NCBI RefSeq assembly: GCF_006345805.1
Contig: NC_043001.1
Location: forward strand, 27,156,001 to 27,220,000
DNA from: Octopus sinensis
Taxonomy: Eukaryota
DNA: 64,000 nt
Direction of reading: 5' to 3'
Shown piece after piece: positions 50,527 through 63,895 of the stretch (its first letter is position 1; every line of letters starts with the position of its first letter). Under the pieces are notes generated by a model. It did no database searches. It was not told the origin of the DNA and was given only the letters and a program-made list of their open reading frames with translations. Both the position numbers and the translations under genes were made by a program.

Positions 50527-51087
50527 CTATATTTAACTGTAATTATGAGCTTTGAAATCCTGGATAACAAAGTCTCCTGTACATGTGCACTTATCTATTT
50601 TTCGGCATTAGGATGTATAGAGGAAGACATGCTTTGATGGATTTAATTATAAGTGCTATTTAAAATGCATTGGAAAAGTTCATGTATTTTCCAAACAATA
50701 AGTAAATTCAAATGTGCCCTTTAAAATTTTCTGGTGTAGGCTATAAGAATGTATCTGTCGTAAAGTCAACCCATGAAAAGTAAACCAGCATGAAAGATAT
50801 TAAAAATAGCTGCAGAATGTAAATAACATTTAAATACTTTTACTATCAAATAGTTCCAATCTTTCAATAGTGACATTTCATTATAATAATTACAGTATTT
50901 CAGAAAAGAAATATTTTTTTTTTCAGTGTATTTTTCTATTTTGATAAAGACATAATGGCAGCATTTACTTAATAATAATTTTAGTGATTATTTACCAATT
51001 TAATTTTCACATTGAATAATTCAAATAGTATCTTCAATAATGGAAGGATTATTCTACAGATATGTCATTTTTGTTGTTACATGTCAT

Positions 51088-51668
51088 TCATCATCATCAT
51101 CATCATCGTTTAACGTTCGCTTTCCATGCTAGCATGGGTTGGACGATTTGACTGAGACTAGCAAACCAAATGGCTGCACCAGGCTCCAGTCTTGATCTGG
51201 CAGAGTTTCTACAGCTGGATGCCCTTCCTAATGCCAACCACTCTGAGAGTGTAGTGGCTGCTTTTACGTGCCACCGGCATGAGGGCCAGTCAGGCGGTAC
51301 TGGCAACAGCCATGGAAAAATCGTTCTTTTTTTTTACGTATCACCTGCACACCGGCACAAGTGCCAGTAAGGCGACGCTGGTAGTGATCATGCTTGAATG
51401 GTGCTTTTTACATGCTACCAGCACAAAGCCCAGTTAACCGCTCTGGCAACGATCACGCTCAGATGGTGCTCTTAGTGCTCCACTTGCACAGATACTAGTC
51501 ATCGAATTTGATTTTGATTTCACTTGCCTCAACAGGTCTTCACATGCAGTATCCAATGAAGGGAAGGTACGCATAAGTGGGCTGGTTATACCTCTGGCTT
51601 AGGCCACAAGGTTGTGGTCTCACTTGGCTTGCTGGGTCTTCTCAAGCACAGCATATTTCCAAAAGTCT
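51088..51668 (-). mobile_element. RTE-LINE 3' end including the ORF2 terminus
   Basis: Minus strand begins with a (Y)AVLEKT.QAK-stop-like coding end, then 3' UTR repeats and (GAT)n tail. Confidence 0.85.
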
Positions 51669-52194
51669 TGAAAATATTGTATATCAGAATAGAGTGTTAG
51701 ACAATAGAAATATGTGTTTTGTTGGCAGAGGTTTTAATACATGACTGTGTTGATAGAGTAGATAGATATATTGACTGGTAGATATATCAACAGATTCATA
51801 GATATATTGGTTTTAAATGTTTATGGTACAAGGTCAGCAATTTCTAAGTGGGAGCTAAGTTGATTACATCAACCCCAGTGTTCAGCTGGTACTAATTTTA
51901 TCAATCTTGAAGAGATGAAAGGCAAAGTCAACCTCAGTAGAATCTGAGCTCAGAACATTAAACACAGAATACTGCCTAGCATTTTACCTGGTATGCTAAT
52001 GCTTCTGCCAGCTCATTGCCTTCAGATCAGTAGATATATTGATAGATAGATAGCTAAATGGAGTTGTGGTGGTTAGATGAATAGATGCTGGATAGCTAAG
52101 CAGATAGAAGAAAGTTTAGATCAATGTATTTCCTTTTGTATATTTGATTTGCAAGATTCTTGATTTGGACTGTTAGAATAGATTTTTATTTATA

Positions 52195-53151
52195 GGCGCA
52201 GGAGTGGCTGTGTGGTAAATAGCTTGCTTAGCAACCACATGGTTCTGGATTCAGTCCCACAGCGTGACACCTTGGGCAAGTGTTTTCTACTCTAGCCTTG
52301 GGCCGACCAAAGCCTTGTGAGTGGATCTGGTAGACAGAAACTGAAAGAAGCCCGTCGTATATATGTATCATCATCATCATCATTTAACATCTGTTTTCCA
52401 TGCTAGCATGGGTTGGACGATTTGAATGAGGGCTGGCGAACCAGATGGCTGCACCAGACTCCAATCTTGATCTAGCAGAGTTTCTACAGCTGGATGCCCT
52501 TCCTAATACCAACCACTCCGAGAGTGTAGTGGGTGCTTTTACGTGCCACTGGCACAGGGGCCAGTCAGGTGGTACTGGCAACAACCTCGCACAAATCTTT
52601 TTACATGTGCCACCGGCACAGGTGCCAGTAAAGCAATGTTGGTAACGAATCTTTTTACACATGCCACCAGCACATGTGCCAGTAAGGTGACGCTGGTAAT
52701 GATCACGCTCGAATGGTGCCTTTTACATGTCACTGGCACAGAAGCCAGTTAACCGCACTGGCAACGATCACGCTTGGATGGTGCTCTTAGCACCCTACTA
52801 GCACGAGGCACAAGTGCCAGTAAGGTGACACTGGTAATGATCACACTCGAATGGTGTCTTTTATGTGGCACTGGCACAGAAGCCGGTTAGCCGCTCTGTC
52901 AACGATCACACTCGTATGGTGCTCTTTGTACCCCGCTAGCACGGATGCCAGTCATCAAATTTGATTTTGATTTTGATTTCCCTTGCCTCAACAGGTCTTC
53001 GCAAGCAGAGTTTAGTGTCCAATGAAGGGAAGGTACGCATAAGTGGACTGGTTACGCCCCTGGCATAGGCCATGAGGTTATGGTCTCATTTGGCTTGCCG
53101 GGTCTTCTCAAGCACAGCATATTTCCAAAAGTCTCATATATATATATTTAT

Positions 53152-53217
<66 letters not shown>

Positions 53218-53410
53218 GTATATATGCTTGTGTGTCTGTGTTTGTCTCACCAACATCGCTTGACAACCAATGCTGGTGTGCTTACACCCCCATAACTTAG
53301 CGGTTTGGCAAAAGCGACTGATAGAATAAGTTCTGGGCTTGATATGCTCGACTAAAGGTGGTGCTCCAGCATGACCACAGTCAAATGACTGCAACAAGTA
53401 AAAGAGTAAA
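52195..53410 (+). mobile_element. SINE family C split by an antisense RTE-LINE 3' end (52368-53135) inserted in its microsatellite
   Basis: SINE head 52195-52367 and tail about 53140-53410. The insert has about 8 internal 45-50-bp repeats and a KYAVLEKTRQAK* end. Confidence 0.88.
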
Positions 53411-53973
53411 AGCGTATTGTAACTTTTTATACCAAAACCAAACACACTCCAGTGCATGAGCTTATTACTGATATAATGACCCTCCCAGATACAGCAACAT
53501 CAATAACTGCAGAGAAAGGTAAATAGACAGGTTGATTCATTACATGCATATATGGGTACAGGACATCAAAAAAACGTGACATGGAACACAATGAGAAATG
53601 AAAACATAAAAGCAAAAACATAGATACAAACTTTTTTTCAAACAACGAAAAAAAAACAAGACATACAACACAAGGAATATTCCCCTTCTTCAGTTGTCCT
53701 TGTTTCATCTACTCCGCATTTCGAAGGTAATATATATCACCATCATCATCATCATCATCATCATCGTTTAACATCTGCTTCCCATGCCGGCAGGACATAT
53801 ATATTTGTACATATATTGTCAATTTATATACACAAACATATATACATGTGCCTTGTGTCTGTGCTTGGAGAAAATAGCTAATAAAATGGTATACAGATAA
53901 GTAGGTGACATGTAATATATTGAATAAATATTTGAATATTAGTAATTAAGCATATCTATTTTTTATTTTTTAG

Positions 53974-54006
53974 TGCTCACGTTTGAAAGGAAGGGAAAAA
54001 GCAAAA
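53974..54006 (+). CDS. Micro-exon gene, exon A (33 nt): CSRLKGREKAK
   Basis: TCTATTTTTTATTTTTTAG|TGC...AAA|GTAAGT. Phase 0/0, open frame. Paralogous to 59198-59230. Confidence 0.9.
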
Positions 54007-54118
54007 GTAAGTGTTGAGTTATATTCCTTTATCTGTTGCAGGCACTCATCCACACACATACACACATGCAGATATTCACACTTAATCTTATGATGCACAT
54101 ACAACATAATAAATAAAA

Positions 54119-54370
54119 TAAATGTGCCCTTTTAAAGCCTAGCCAGGCTCATGGGCCCGGTTTTCTGGTTTCAATGGTGTATGTGTTCCCCAGCTGGACG
54201 GGACGTCAGTCCATTGCAGTGTTACTCATTTTTGCCAGCTGAGTGGACTGGAGGAACATGAAATGAAATGTTTTACTCAAGAACACAACGCATCGCCTGG
54301 TCCAGGAATCGAAACCACAGTCTTACGATCATGATGCTGACACCCTAACCACTAAGCCATGCACCTCCAC
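54119..54370 (-). mobile_element. SINE family D about 110 bp downstream of exon A
   Basis: Homologous to 7811-8074. ACATACAACATA duplicated at the flanks. Confidence 0.88.
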
Positions 54371-54604
54371 ACACATACAACATACAAACAAACAAGTACA
54401 AGCAAGTACGCACACCTCCAGACTAAAAAGCAAATTACACACAAGCATTTCTATGTACAAATACAAGTGGACACATACATGTAACCACACACACATATAT
54501 ATAGCGTCATGTTCATCTTCCAGTGTGACGTGGACCATCTAGTCATCTTCAGGGATGACTGATGACTTGTGCAGTGACTTGGTTTAAAGTGAAGAAGAGT
54601 TGCA

Positions 54605-54840
54605 TACTTATTTCTTTACTACCCACAAGGGGCTAAACACAGAGAGGAGAAACAAGGACAGACAGACGGATTAAGTCGATTACATTGACCCCAGTGCGTA
54701 ACTGGTACTTAATTTATCGACTCCGAAAGAATGAAAAGCAAAATCGACCTCAGCAGAATTTGAACTCCGAATGTAACAGCAGACGAAATATGGCTATGCA
54801 TTTCACCTGGTGTGCTAACGATTCTGCCAGCTCGCCGCCT
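54605..54840 (-). mobile_element. SINE family B
   Basis: Full head, core and tail. Confidence 0.88.
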
Positions 54841-55643
54841 TAAATTGTTGTATACTGTCAGCTCCATTCTCTCCTCCATGACCATCTTTAATCCAGTAAC
54901 AAGATCAGATCAATTCAGTTGGGGATGGAGTTGGATGCAATGGATAACCAAGATATCTTTTGCCTCATCTGGTTCTCTGTGCCCCACAACGCATTGCTGC
55001 AGCCACTTACCTCTTCATTCGACCATGAGATTTTTTCTACAGTGTCTGCCAGATCCAGTCAGCACGGGCATGCATTAGTAGCTAGGGCCCTAATATGTTA
55101 ATTAACCAATAACTGTAACCCTGACAGATGCTTCGTCTCCGGGTTAAAGTTGACCTGGTAACAGTAGTGACTAAGAGGTGATTCCACATTCACCAAAACA
55201 CTGGAACTCCCAAACCAGAGTCAGTCCCACTACTGGATGCAGTTTGCAGTCTGAGACAGGACTACACACATATATAACAAACAACATACGCACATGCATA
55301 AACAAAATGTATTCTTGCATATATGAATACAAATATACAACCCATGCATGCACACAAGCATGCACACTGTTAATATTTAATGTATATAAGTTGGTTAACT
55401 GGCAGAATTGTTTGCATTTTTTCTATCTTTACGTTCTGAGTTCAAATTCTGCCAAGGTCGATTTTGCCTTCCATCCTTTCAGGATTAATAAAATGAGTAC
55501 AAGTTGATCACAGGGGTTGATTAATTGACTAATCCCCATCCCTGAAATTACTGGCCTTGTGCCAAAATTTGAAACCATTATTTAATGTATATATTTATTC
55601 TGACTACCAAAACTCATTGTTCCTTTATATTTTGTCTTTGCAG

Positions 55644-55679
55644 TGCATGAAAGAGAATCGCAGCCCCAATAACAAACGA
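55644..55679 (+). CDS. Micro-exon gene, exon B (36 nt): CMKENRSPNNKR
   Basis: TTCCTTTATATTTTGTCTTTGCAG|TGC...CGA|GTAAGG. Only frame 0 is open. Phase 0/0. Confidence 0.85.
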
Positions 55680-55830
55680 GTAAGGAGAAATATGTAGTGC
55701 ACCTGAGCACACATACAATAAGTTTATTCTTTTAACATGAAACAACTTGTAATATTAATGTGGTATTCTTTAGTGAATTTAAGTAAATTTTGCTTTACTG
55801 TATTTTAAGGTACCAAATATTATATGGAAG

Positions 55831-56110
55831 ACTAGCACTATGACCCGGCAATCACATACAGCTAGCTGGCATTCAATTGGCGTATCAAGTTTCGGGCATT
55901 TTAATTGGGTTTTGGATAGAAAATTCACAAAAGAGTCACTTCTATTGATATTTTAATGGCCTTGTGGGGTGACTGGGGAAATGTAAAGATGTGCACGACC
56001 ACCCTTGAATGGTTTTAAATGACCATAGAAAGTGCGAGCCCTCTAACTGAAAAATTGTGGATTTGTATAAAGGACATGCACACAGACATTTTGCCCTTTA
56101 TATATAGAGA
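55831..56110 (+). mobile_element. Helitron/Helentron-type non-autonomous element
   Basis: ACTAGCACTATGACCCGGC start and TTTATATATAGAG end, same layout as 6207-6718. Confidence 0.55.
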
Positions 56111-56446
56111 GATTTTGAAATCTTTTTATATTTTTATTTTTTACTTGTTTTGACATTGGTGTGCAGCCATGCTGGGGCACTACCTTGAAGTATTTCGTCA
56201 AATAAATTGACACTACTAACTATTTATTCATTTATTTTTTTGTTTTAAAGTTTGATACTTATTTTATTGGTCTCTTTTGCTGAACAGATAAGTTATGGAT
56301 ATGTAAACAAATCAACACTAGCTGTCAAACTGTTGGGAGACAAACACAAACATAAAAACACATACACACATGCATACATACATACATACATACATGCATG
56401 CATGCATACATACATACATACATACATACATACATACATACATACA

Positions 56447-56490
<44 letters not shown>

Positions 56491-56496
<6 letters not shown>

Positions 56497-58030
56497 ATAT
56501 TTCGGAATGGTCATTTTGCCAGTTTAGCCAATAAAATCACATGCACTATATATTTGGTGTTACTTTGCTTCAGTGTTATTTATTTTTTACATTAATCTTA
56601 ATCTTATTTCGTCAGAATAATGAGGAATGTGTCACGCATGTGCGAGCCTACAGAGTTAAAGAGACACATACAATATTTCATTCACCGCATGCAGTTCTCA
56701 GGTTACAGCCATAAAGAAAGGATCAGAGTATACAAAGGAGCCATGAAGAAATTTGATAATATATTATGTAATGATAGGAATGGGATTTGCCCACTCTATA
56801 GGAACAAGTCATGGAACACTATAGAAAGGACAAAAAAGAAAATAGGGAAGGCCAACTCTTGGTATGATAGCCATAAATACCAGAGTGTCATGTTCGTTGA
56901 CACCACCCCTGGAGGTGAACTGGCGTACCGCTTTAGAAGGACCCTAGACAAACTTAAGCTAAGGATTAAGGTTGTTGAAAAGCCAGGCAACCCTATCAAA
57001 TCTATAATTGGTAGAACCTATCCTTTTAGTAGAACCCCCTGTACGGATAAGTACTGTACTGTATGTAGATTTAGCCCACAAACAAACTGTAAAGCCAGAA
57101 ATGTAGTCTATAGTATAAGATGTATAGAGAGACGATGCAGTAACAAGACAACGACATACGTAGGGGAAACGGCAAGAAGCATAGGAGAGCGGGTAAATTG
57201 ACATTGGAGACAACTCAAGGAAGGTAAAAGCTCATCGATTCTGTACCAACACACCGAACGGGAACACGGGGGATGAATCAACAACATAGAAATTAAAATA
57301 TTGTCCACACATAGAACAGATGCAACAATCAGACAAATTACAGAAGCTACACACATAATAGAAAATAAACATAGCCTGAATGGAAAACTAGAATGGAACA
57401 CTAGCACACACCACAACATATGACGGTAGAGGATCCCGAAAACATAATAAATACACAGATAAATAAACAAATAGAAATAAATAACTATATTATTATTTTT
57501 TTTTTTCCGATTTATTATTATTATTATTAGTATTGTTGTTATACATACATACATACAAGCATATGTAATGATAATAACAAGTGGATGTAAACACATGAAC
57601 AAAATAAGAATAAACAAAAACAACAACAAAAACAAATTACATGAACGTATATAAACAGAAGATACAAATATTACAGGCATCCCCCCACCCCCGCACACTA
57701 AATAAACATAGACGCACATAGAGATATAAGCATGCGCAAATGAAGACATACAATAGAAATACAAAATGGCTGACGGTTAGTAAGGAGAGACACAAATAAG
57801 AAAGATGAAAACAAAGGACCACTGATGCGGTCACAGGAGTGTGACGAAAGAACTCTGGCCGAAATAATATTAAGATTAATGTAAAAAATAAATAACACTG
57901 AAGCAAAGTAACACCAAATATATAGTGCATGTGTTTTTATTGGCTAAACTGGCAAAATGACCATTCCGAAATATAACAATATCTGTTTCAACACACGACT
58001 TCACATAAAAAATCTTGCACAACAAATATA
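56491..58030 (+). mobile_element. 5'-truncated Penelope-like retroelement: inverted pLTR piece (56491-56611), ORF remnant with C-terminal GIY-YIG endonuclease (56612-57420), pLTR (about 57730-58030)
   Basis: CKARNVVYSIRC...YVGETARSIGERVN*H...H...EA..I...LN.K.EW. Two in-frame stops. 56491-56611 is the reverse complement of 57860-57980. (TA)n on both sides. Confidence 0.9.
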
Positions 58031-58035
58031 TAAAC

Positions 58036-58070
<35 letters not shown>

Positions 58071-58370
58071 TTCAGCAAAATTTAGATTCAAATGAATATG
58101 GTACTTAAGTCAGATGCACCAGAATTTTATAAATCCATGGGGTGATTATAATCAAAATAAGCAACTAGAATATCTTCGGTAATTTGGTATGATCGTTTCA
58201 CGCTACATCATTTTATTAAACATTGTAAGTATTACAACAGTTTTAAAATGTTGAGCAATCATCAGCCATTTATAGAGGTTTTCCATCAATACATATACTT
58301 ATTTCCATGTTAATTGATAACATTATAAAGAGGGTAGATATACAGACAGAGATATTGATTTGAATGTTAA

Positions 58371-58822
58371 GAACATTAAGGTGTTAGAATTTATCTTCTG
58401 ACTGAAGATTTTGTATAAGTGTAAAAGAACTTCTGTATTTTCTATAACTATGTAGTATATAGATGGTTATTGTGACCATTTAGTATTGGCCTAGTTTTCT
58501 TGATACAAAATCTGATTGCCTTAACAACCTGGCCAAAACCGGCTCTGGCTCTGTAGTACAAATGTCTTGTTTTCATAAGTTTTGCATTAAAATATACCAA
58601 CAAAACTTAGTCACAATTAATCCTAACACTAGCTTAATGATAACTACCACTTTAACTTCTTCAGGAATAACTTTTGAAATTTATTTCACCCTTTCCTATA
58701 TCTATAAATAGAAAATCTCTTTTGTCTCCATTCAACCGAATATCCCTCCCCACTCTCTAGCAGATCAAAATAACTTAAAGAAAATCTTCAGTCAGAAGAT
58801 AAATTCTAACACCTTAATGTTC
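58371..58822. mobile_element. MITE with about 40-bp TIRs and TTAA flanks, containing a partial piggyBac-type MITE (about 58525-58670)
   Basis: TTAA|GAACATTAAGGTGTTAGAATTTATCTTCTGACTGAAGATTTT ... reverse complement|TTAA. Confidence 0.8.
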
Positions 58823-59197
58823 TTAATGCCAACCACTCCAAGAGTGTAGTGGGTGCTTTTACATGCCACTGGCATGAGGGTCAGTCAGGCGGTACTGGCA
58901 AAGGCCACACTCAAATGGTGCTTTTTATATGCCACCAATATATATATCGGTGGCACAATGTGTGTGTGTGTGTAATATGCATGTATAGATATTTATATTC
59001 AGTAATGATGCTATTAAATCTTTTGTTGATTTTGTCAAATCTTGTATTTATTACTACTCATTACTTGCATGTAAAAGCCAGCAAAATACACAAATAGTTT
59101 ATTTTTATTTACCATTAACAACAAAATTTAGACAATAGAAATTCGTGCCCCAATTTGTTCATTTTTGTAATTATGACTTTTAAATGTCTCTTTGTAG

Positions 59198-59230
59198 TGT
59201 GGAGGTTTGAGAGGAAGAGAAAGAGCACAA
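59198..59230 (+). CDS. Micro-exon gene, exon A' (33 nt): CGGLRGRERAQ
   Basis: ATGTCTCTTTGTAG|TGT...CAA|GTAAGT. 25 of 33 nt and 6 of 11 aa identical to exon A, with two K/R exchanges. Confidence 0.9.
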
Positions 59231-59387
59231 GTAAGTATAGTTTTGTAATGTGACACAAACACTCACATTTATACATATTGTTCACATGCACACTAATACA
59301 TAACTGTTTAACCATACATAACCACAGTAACACATTCAAATAGGGAAATATACTTATAAAGAAAAATATACATTGATCTACACTTAA

Positions 59388-59614
59388 CCCTTTCGTTACC
59401 AACCCGGCCAAAACTGGCTCTGGCTCTGGCTCTGTAGTACAAATGTCTTGTTTTCATAAGTTTTGCATTAAAATATACCACCAAAACTTAGTCACAATTT
59501 ATGTTCCTAACACCAGCTTAATGATAACTAAGTTATTTTTCTAAATTCTTTGTTATATTTAAAATAATTGAAAGAAACACAGAACATCTCAAAATAAATA
59601 CAGTAACGAAAGGG
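59388..59614. mobile_element. piggyBac-type MITE
   Basis: TTAA|CCCTTTCGTTAC...GTAACGAAAGGG|TTAA. Decayed relative at about 61545-61736. Confidence 0.9.
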
Positions 59615-60014
59615 TTAAACATATGCCCATAGCAAACATATAAACAGCTTACACATGCAAATACTTATGAGAAACATACCAGCACGCAAGTAACATACAT
59701 GCTCACACAAACACAAATAAACATGCACAAACACAGCAATATTGCCAAAAGCAATATTTCGTTACTCTTGACAACAATGAATTCTGTGAACATACCTGAG
59801 ATGAACACTTCCATTTGGATTCATTCTATCTCTCATCTCTTGGACCAGGATTTTCTTGTTTGACATCTCCATGGCTGACATCTTCCCTCAGAGCCATACT
59901 TTGTTAACTCTAGCATACTCCAATGTTTGATTATGTCTTCCATACTATTACTTCTGTACCTTATTGAACCGTTACTTCTAACCACATACTATGTACCAGC
60001 CTTCACTCCTTAAC

Positions 60015-60235
60015 CTCTTGCCCCGTGCCAGTGGCATGTAAAAAGCACCAACCGATCGTGGTTGTTGACAGCCTCCCCTGGCACCTGTGACTACACTCTC
60101 GGAGTGGTTGGCGTTAGGAAGGGCATCCAGCTGTAGAAACACGGCCAGATCAGACTGGAGCCTGGTGCAGCCTCCTGGCTTCACAGACCCTGGTCAAACC
60201 GTCCAACCCATGCTAGCATGGAAAACGGACGTTAA

Positions 60236-60270
<35 letters not shown>

Positions 60271-60276
60271 AATGAT
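60015..60276 (+). mobile_element. RTE-LINE 3' end with (GAT)n tail
   Basis: Same family as 41436-41845. Confidence 0.85.
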
Positions 60277-61963
60277 GAATCTAAACCCCCCATGCCAGAC
60301 TTTCAGGGCTTCTATGAACAGAAATCTCAAAAACATCCATCAATGAGAACAAACAACTCAATTACATTTAGCAGCACCATGATAACAAGGAAACAGTACT
60401 ACAGTAGACTCTCTTTGCACATGTACAGTACACAACTAAAATCCTCAGTGAGTGGATCTGGTACACGGAAACTGGAAGAAGCCCATTGTATGTATACATG
60501 TACATATTTGTGTGTGTATATGTGTCTGCGTTTGTTCCCCCCCCCCCACTGCCATCACTTGACAATCGATGCTGGTGTGTCTATGCCCTTGCAAACCAGT
60601 GGTTTAGCAAAAGAGACTGACAAAATAAGTACCAAGCTTACAAAGAATAAGTCCTGGGGTTGAGGCTATGAGACAATGTCTGATTAATTTGGAACAATGT
60701 GGATGAATAAACATTACATTTTTAACCACTGGTGCTGTCAGAGAGTAGTTCAATACAATTGCAGACAGAGACACCCTCCATTATAGCTGAGTTGATTGAA
60801 GCAACATAAAGTGAAGTACCTTACTTAAGGGCCCAATGTGCTGCTTAGTAAGGAATTCAACCAATGACCTTATGATCATGGGCCAAACACTCTGACCAGC
60901 AGACCACATGCCTTTATTCACTTAAGATAACCTCATGTCATAAACATTAGACATTTGTTTTAGAACCTGAAAAAATTTCAGCCCTGAGCAGTTGACCCCA
61001 CTGACAAACTTGAGTCAAAATTATTATTATAATATTGTTCATGTAACTTCTGCTAAGCAAACAGCCATCTGAGATCATATCCAAACAAAGGCCTTTGAAT
61101 AAGTGGCAAAGTCTTATTCACCAGCACACTGCATCTATTTCATAGTATGCATTTTTTTCCACTCTGTATCTTTTAGTTTACTAAAAGCCACTTCTTCCTT
61201 TGTCTACAAATTTTCATCAAAATCTTCATCCCAGACCATCTGATGACACTTCTGTTCTTATAGTAATCCCTTTAGTATCTCCCCACAACCCGACCTCACA
61301 CTAAGCACTTTTTCAATCCTTTCTTCTTTGGAAATTCAACCTACTGAAATTCCTTTTCCCATTTTTCCTACTGAAGTTCATCAATCACATCATTACTGCT
61401 TAGTCTAAGAAGGTTTACTCATATCAAAGCAATAAGTTCTGGTACTTCTCTGATAACTAATTTATGATAAAAAAATACACACAAACTCATTGAGGACTTA
61501 AATCTTTTGATACCAACCTGCTTGAAACCACAAGATACAAATTTACTGTTTTAAAGTGATCTAAAAACATTCTGTCAAGATATCATGTTAATTTTTGTTC
61601 TTTACACCAGCTTAATTATTTTACTAATTTTTTCTTAACACCATCAAAATTATTTTACTAATTTTTTCATTATTTTCAAAATTAATTGTAATAAAGGCAC
61701 TTTATTTCAAGAGAAATATGGGAATGAAAGGGTTAATAAATGATAGGCGTGATACACACAATAAAACCTATACATCAGAGACATTCAACAAGGGATTGGT
61801 TCTACTGAGAGAAGTAACTGGATGTTGTAATGGTCATACTTTCCCCAAAGGGATCAGCTGAGTGAAACAGCTGTTTCCAGAAACTAAGCCCAAGTCACAG
61901 ACTTGGAGCACCAAGAGTTTACCGCCAAACTTATATCACTAATTAATTATGAAAAGCGCTGCC

Positions 61964-62295
61964 TTGCCTGGCTTCTGTGCCGGTGGCACGTAAAAAGCAC
62001 CATCTGAACGTGACCGATGCCAGCGCCGCCTTGACTGGCTTCTGTGCCGGTGACACGTAAAAAGCACCAACCGATCATGGCCGCTGCCAGGCTCCCCTGG
62101 CACCTGTGCCGGTGGCACGTAAAAAGCACCCACTACACTCATGGAGTGGTTGGCGTTAGAAAGAGCATCCGGCTGTAGAAACTCTGCCAAATCAGACTGG
62201 AGCCTGGTGCAGCCTCCTGGCTTCCCAGACCCCAGTCGAACCGTCTGACCCATGCTAGCACAGAAAACAGACGTTAATCGATGATGATGATGATG
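61964..62295 (+). mobile_element. RTE-LINE 3' end with 3 internal repeats and (GAT)n tail
   Basis: Same family as 41436-41845. Confidence 0.85.
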
Positions 62296-62658
62296 AAACA
62301 TTCATTTAGTATACACCTGTTTCATATTTTGAAACCAAAACTGTTACCTAAGGTATCCTGATTATCAAAGTAGATTTTGATTGACTAAGACAGTGAAAAT
62401 TAAATGTCTTGGTTATGAGTAATACAGTTTTAGTAACACAATGAAAAGGATTGGTTTTTTGGGCTTGTTGTATGGTTGGTAGTTTGGTAAATGTAATTAA
62501 AACAAAAGCACACACACACAAGCAAACAAATAAGCAAAATAACACCAATAAATTTACAAGCATGCAGCCAAATGTTCACACATATATTTAATATATTAAA
62601 GAATTTCTGAATTTTGGAGACCGGAATTCATTGCTAATTTCTTTTCTTATCATTCCAG

Positions 62659-62691
62659 TGTAATAAAAGGGGTCCCGCTCCAAACACAACG
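62659..62691 (+). CDS. Micro-exon gene, exon B' (33 nt): CNKRGPAPNTT
   Basis: TTTCTTTTCTTATCATTCCAG|TGT...ACG|GTAAGA. Phase 0/0. C1, K3, P8 and N9 align with exon B. Confidence 0.85.
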
Positions 62692-63091
62692 GTAAGAATA
62701 AATATTAAACCCATTACATAAATGTTTTACATACTTTTAAGACTGGTGCATAGTCAATAATCCTGTCTAGAGTTTATGAAATATAAACTTCTATTCAACC
62801 TTTTTTTAATTGGAAGTAAATCTCTTTACTAATACAATAATGAAATAAGCAAATGGAATACTAAATACATAAAATGGCAGACACAGAATGTATTCAGTAG
62901 TATCAGGTCATACTGCTTGGTGTGTATGTATGTGCATATGTATATAGATATATATAGTTTGATAAGTGTCAATGCATGAAACTATGAAACTCTCAGACCT
63001 TGAGTTACTTTGCTACTTCTGCTAAATATTAATAAAATATACATATACTTATATTTTGAGTTCTATTTTCTTGTTCACATCACCATACCTG

Positions 63092-63149
<58 letters not shown>

Positions 63150-63151
63150 CA

Positions 63152-63216
<65 letters not shown>

Positions 63217-63611
63217 AAAAGCAATAAAGATTCAAGTTAATTTAAATGAATTTACTTGAATATGGTACCTAACTTAGATGCACCAAAACAAACTATACGG
63301 TTTTAACAATACAGTAATGTGGGGTGATTATAAGCGAGAAAAAAGCAACAAGAATGGATAGGTTTTTAGTACAATCGTTTCATACAAGGACAGGCTTTAT
63401 TAAAAGTTGCAAAAATTGCAGCATATAAACGTGTCCCGTACTCATCAGCTAAAATACATGTGAGTTCTCTAGACATCCTAGTGGTTGAGGCTATACTCAT
63501 GAAGTAATGTAGATAATTAAGTAACATAAACAGATTTCCAAAGTTCATTAAAGTTCTTTAAAGATGATGTACAGTCTTATCACAGAATTTTAAAAAAGTT
63601 TTAATAGCATC

Positions 63612-63895
63612 ACAGAGAAGGTGACTTAATCCATAGTGTACATATGAACTTCCAGAGATATGAGGAGGGATTACATACTCACAGACGACAAATTTATCCA
63701 TTGCTAATCACAACGAGGTGGGTTTCAATTCCTGCTTATTAGTATTACAGAGAGGGTGAATTAATCCTTTGTATAGATGCACAATTTCCAATGGTGTAGA
63801 TGTAAATTTCCAGAGAAATGAAGAGGAATTTCATATTCACAGGCGATAAATTTATCAATGGTTGAACACAATGAGGTGGGTATCAATTCTTGCTA
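63612..63895. repeat. Diverged tandem duplication (two units of about 135-150 bp)
   Basis: Shared TTCCAGAGA.ATGA.GAGG.ATT.CATA.TCACAG.CGA.AAATTTATC...GAGGTGGGT.TCAATTC. Confidence 0.75.

Noticed and set aside
53670-53730. CTGAAGA and GAAAC on the minus strand of a PLE-like fragment
   Set aside because: Wrong order, and no GAAA follows the hairpin.
57199-57276. In-frame TGA codons in the PLE ORF as selenocysteine
   Set aside because: They fall at positions expected to be non-Cys residues (for example the E of the EH motif), no SECIS was recognised, and the element is truncated. Simple decay is more likely.
63636-63895. Duplicated coding exons (SRDMRRDYILTDDKFIHC* / SREMKRNFIFTGDKFING*)
   Set aside because: Differences are mostly non-synonymous with no third-position bias, and the acceptor phase is incompatible with the micro-exon gene.
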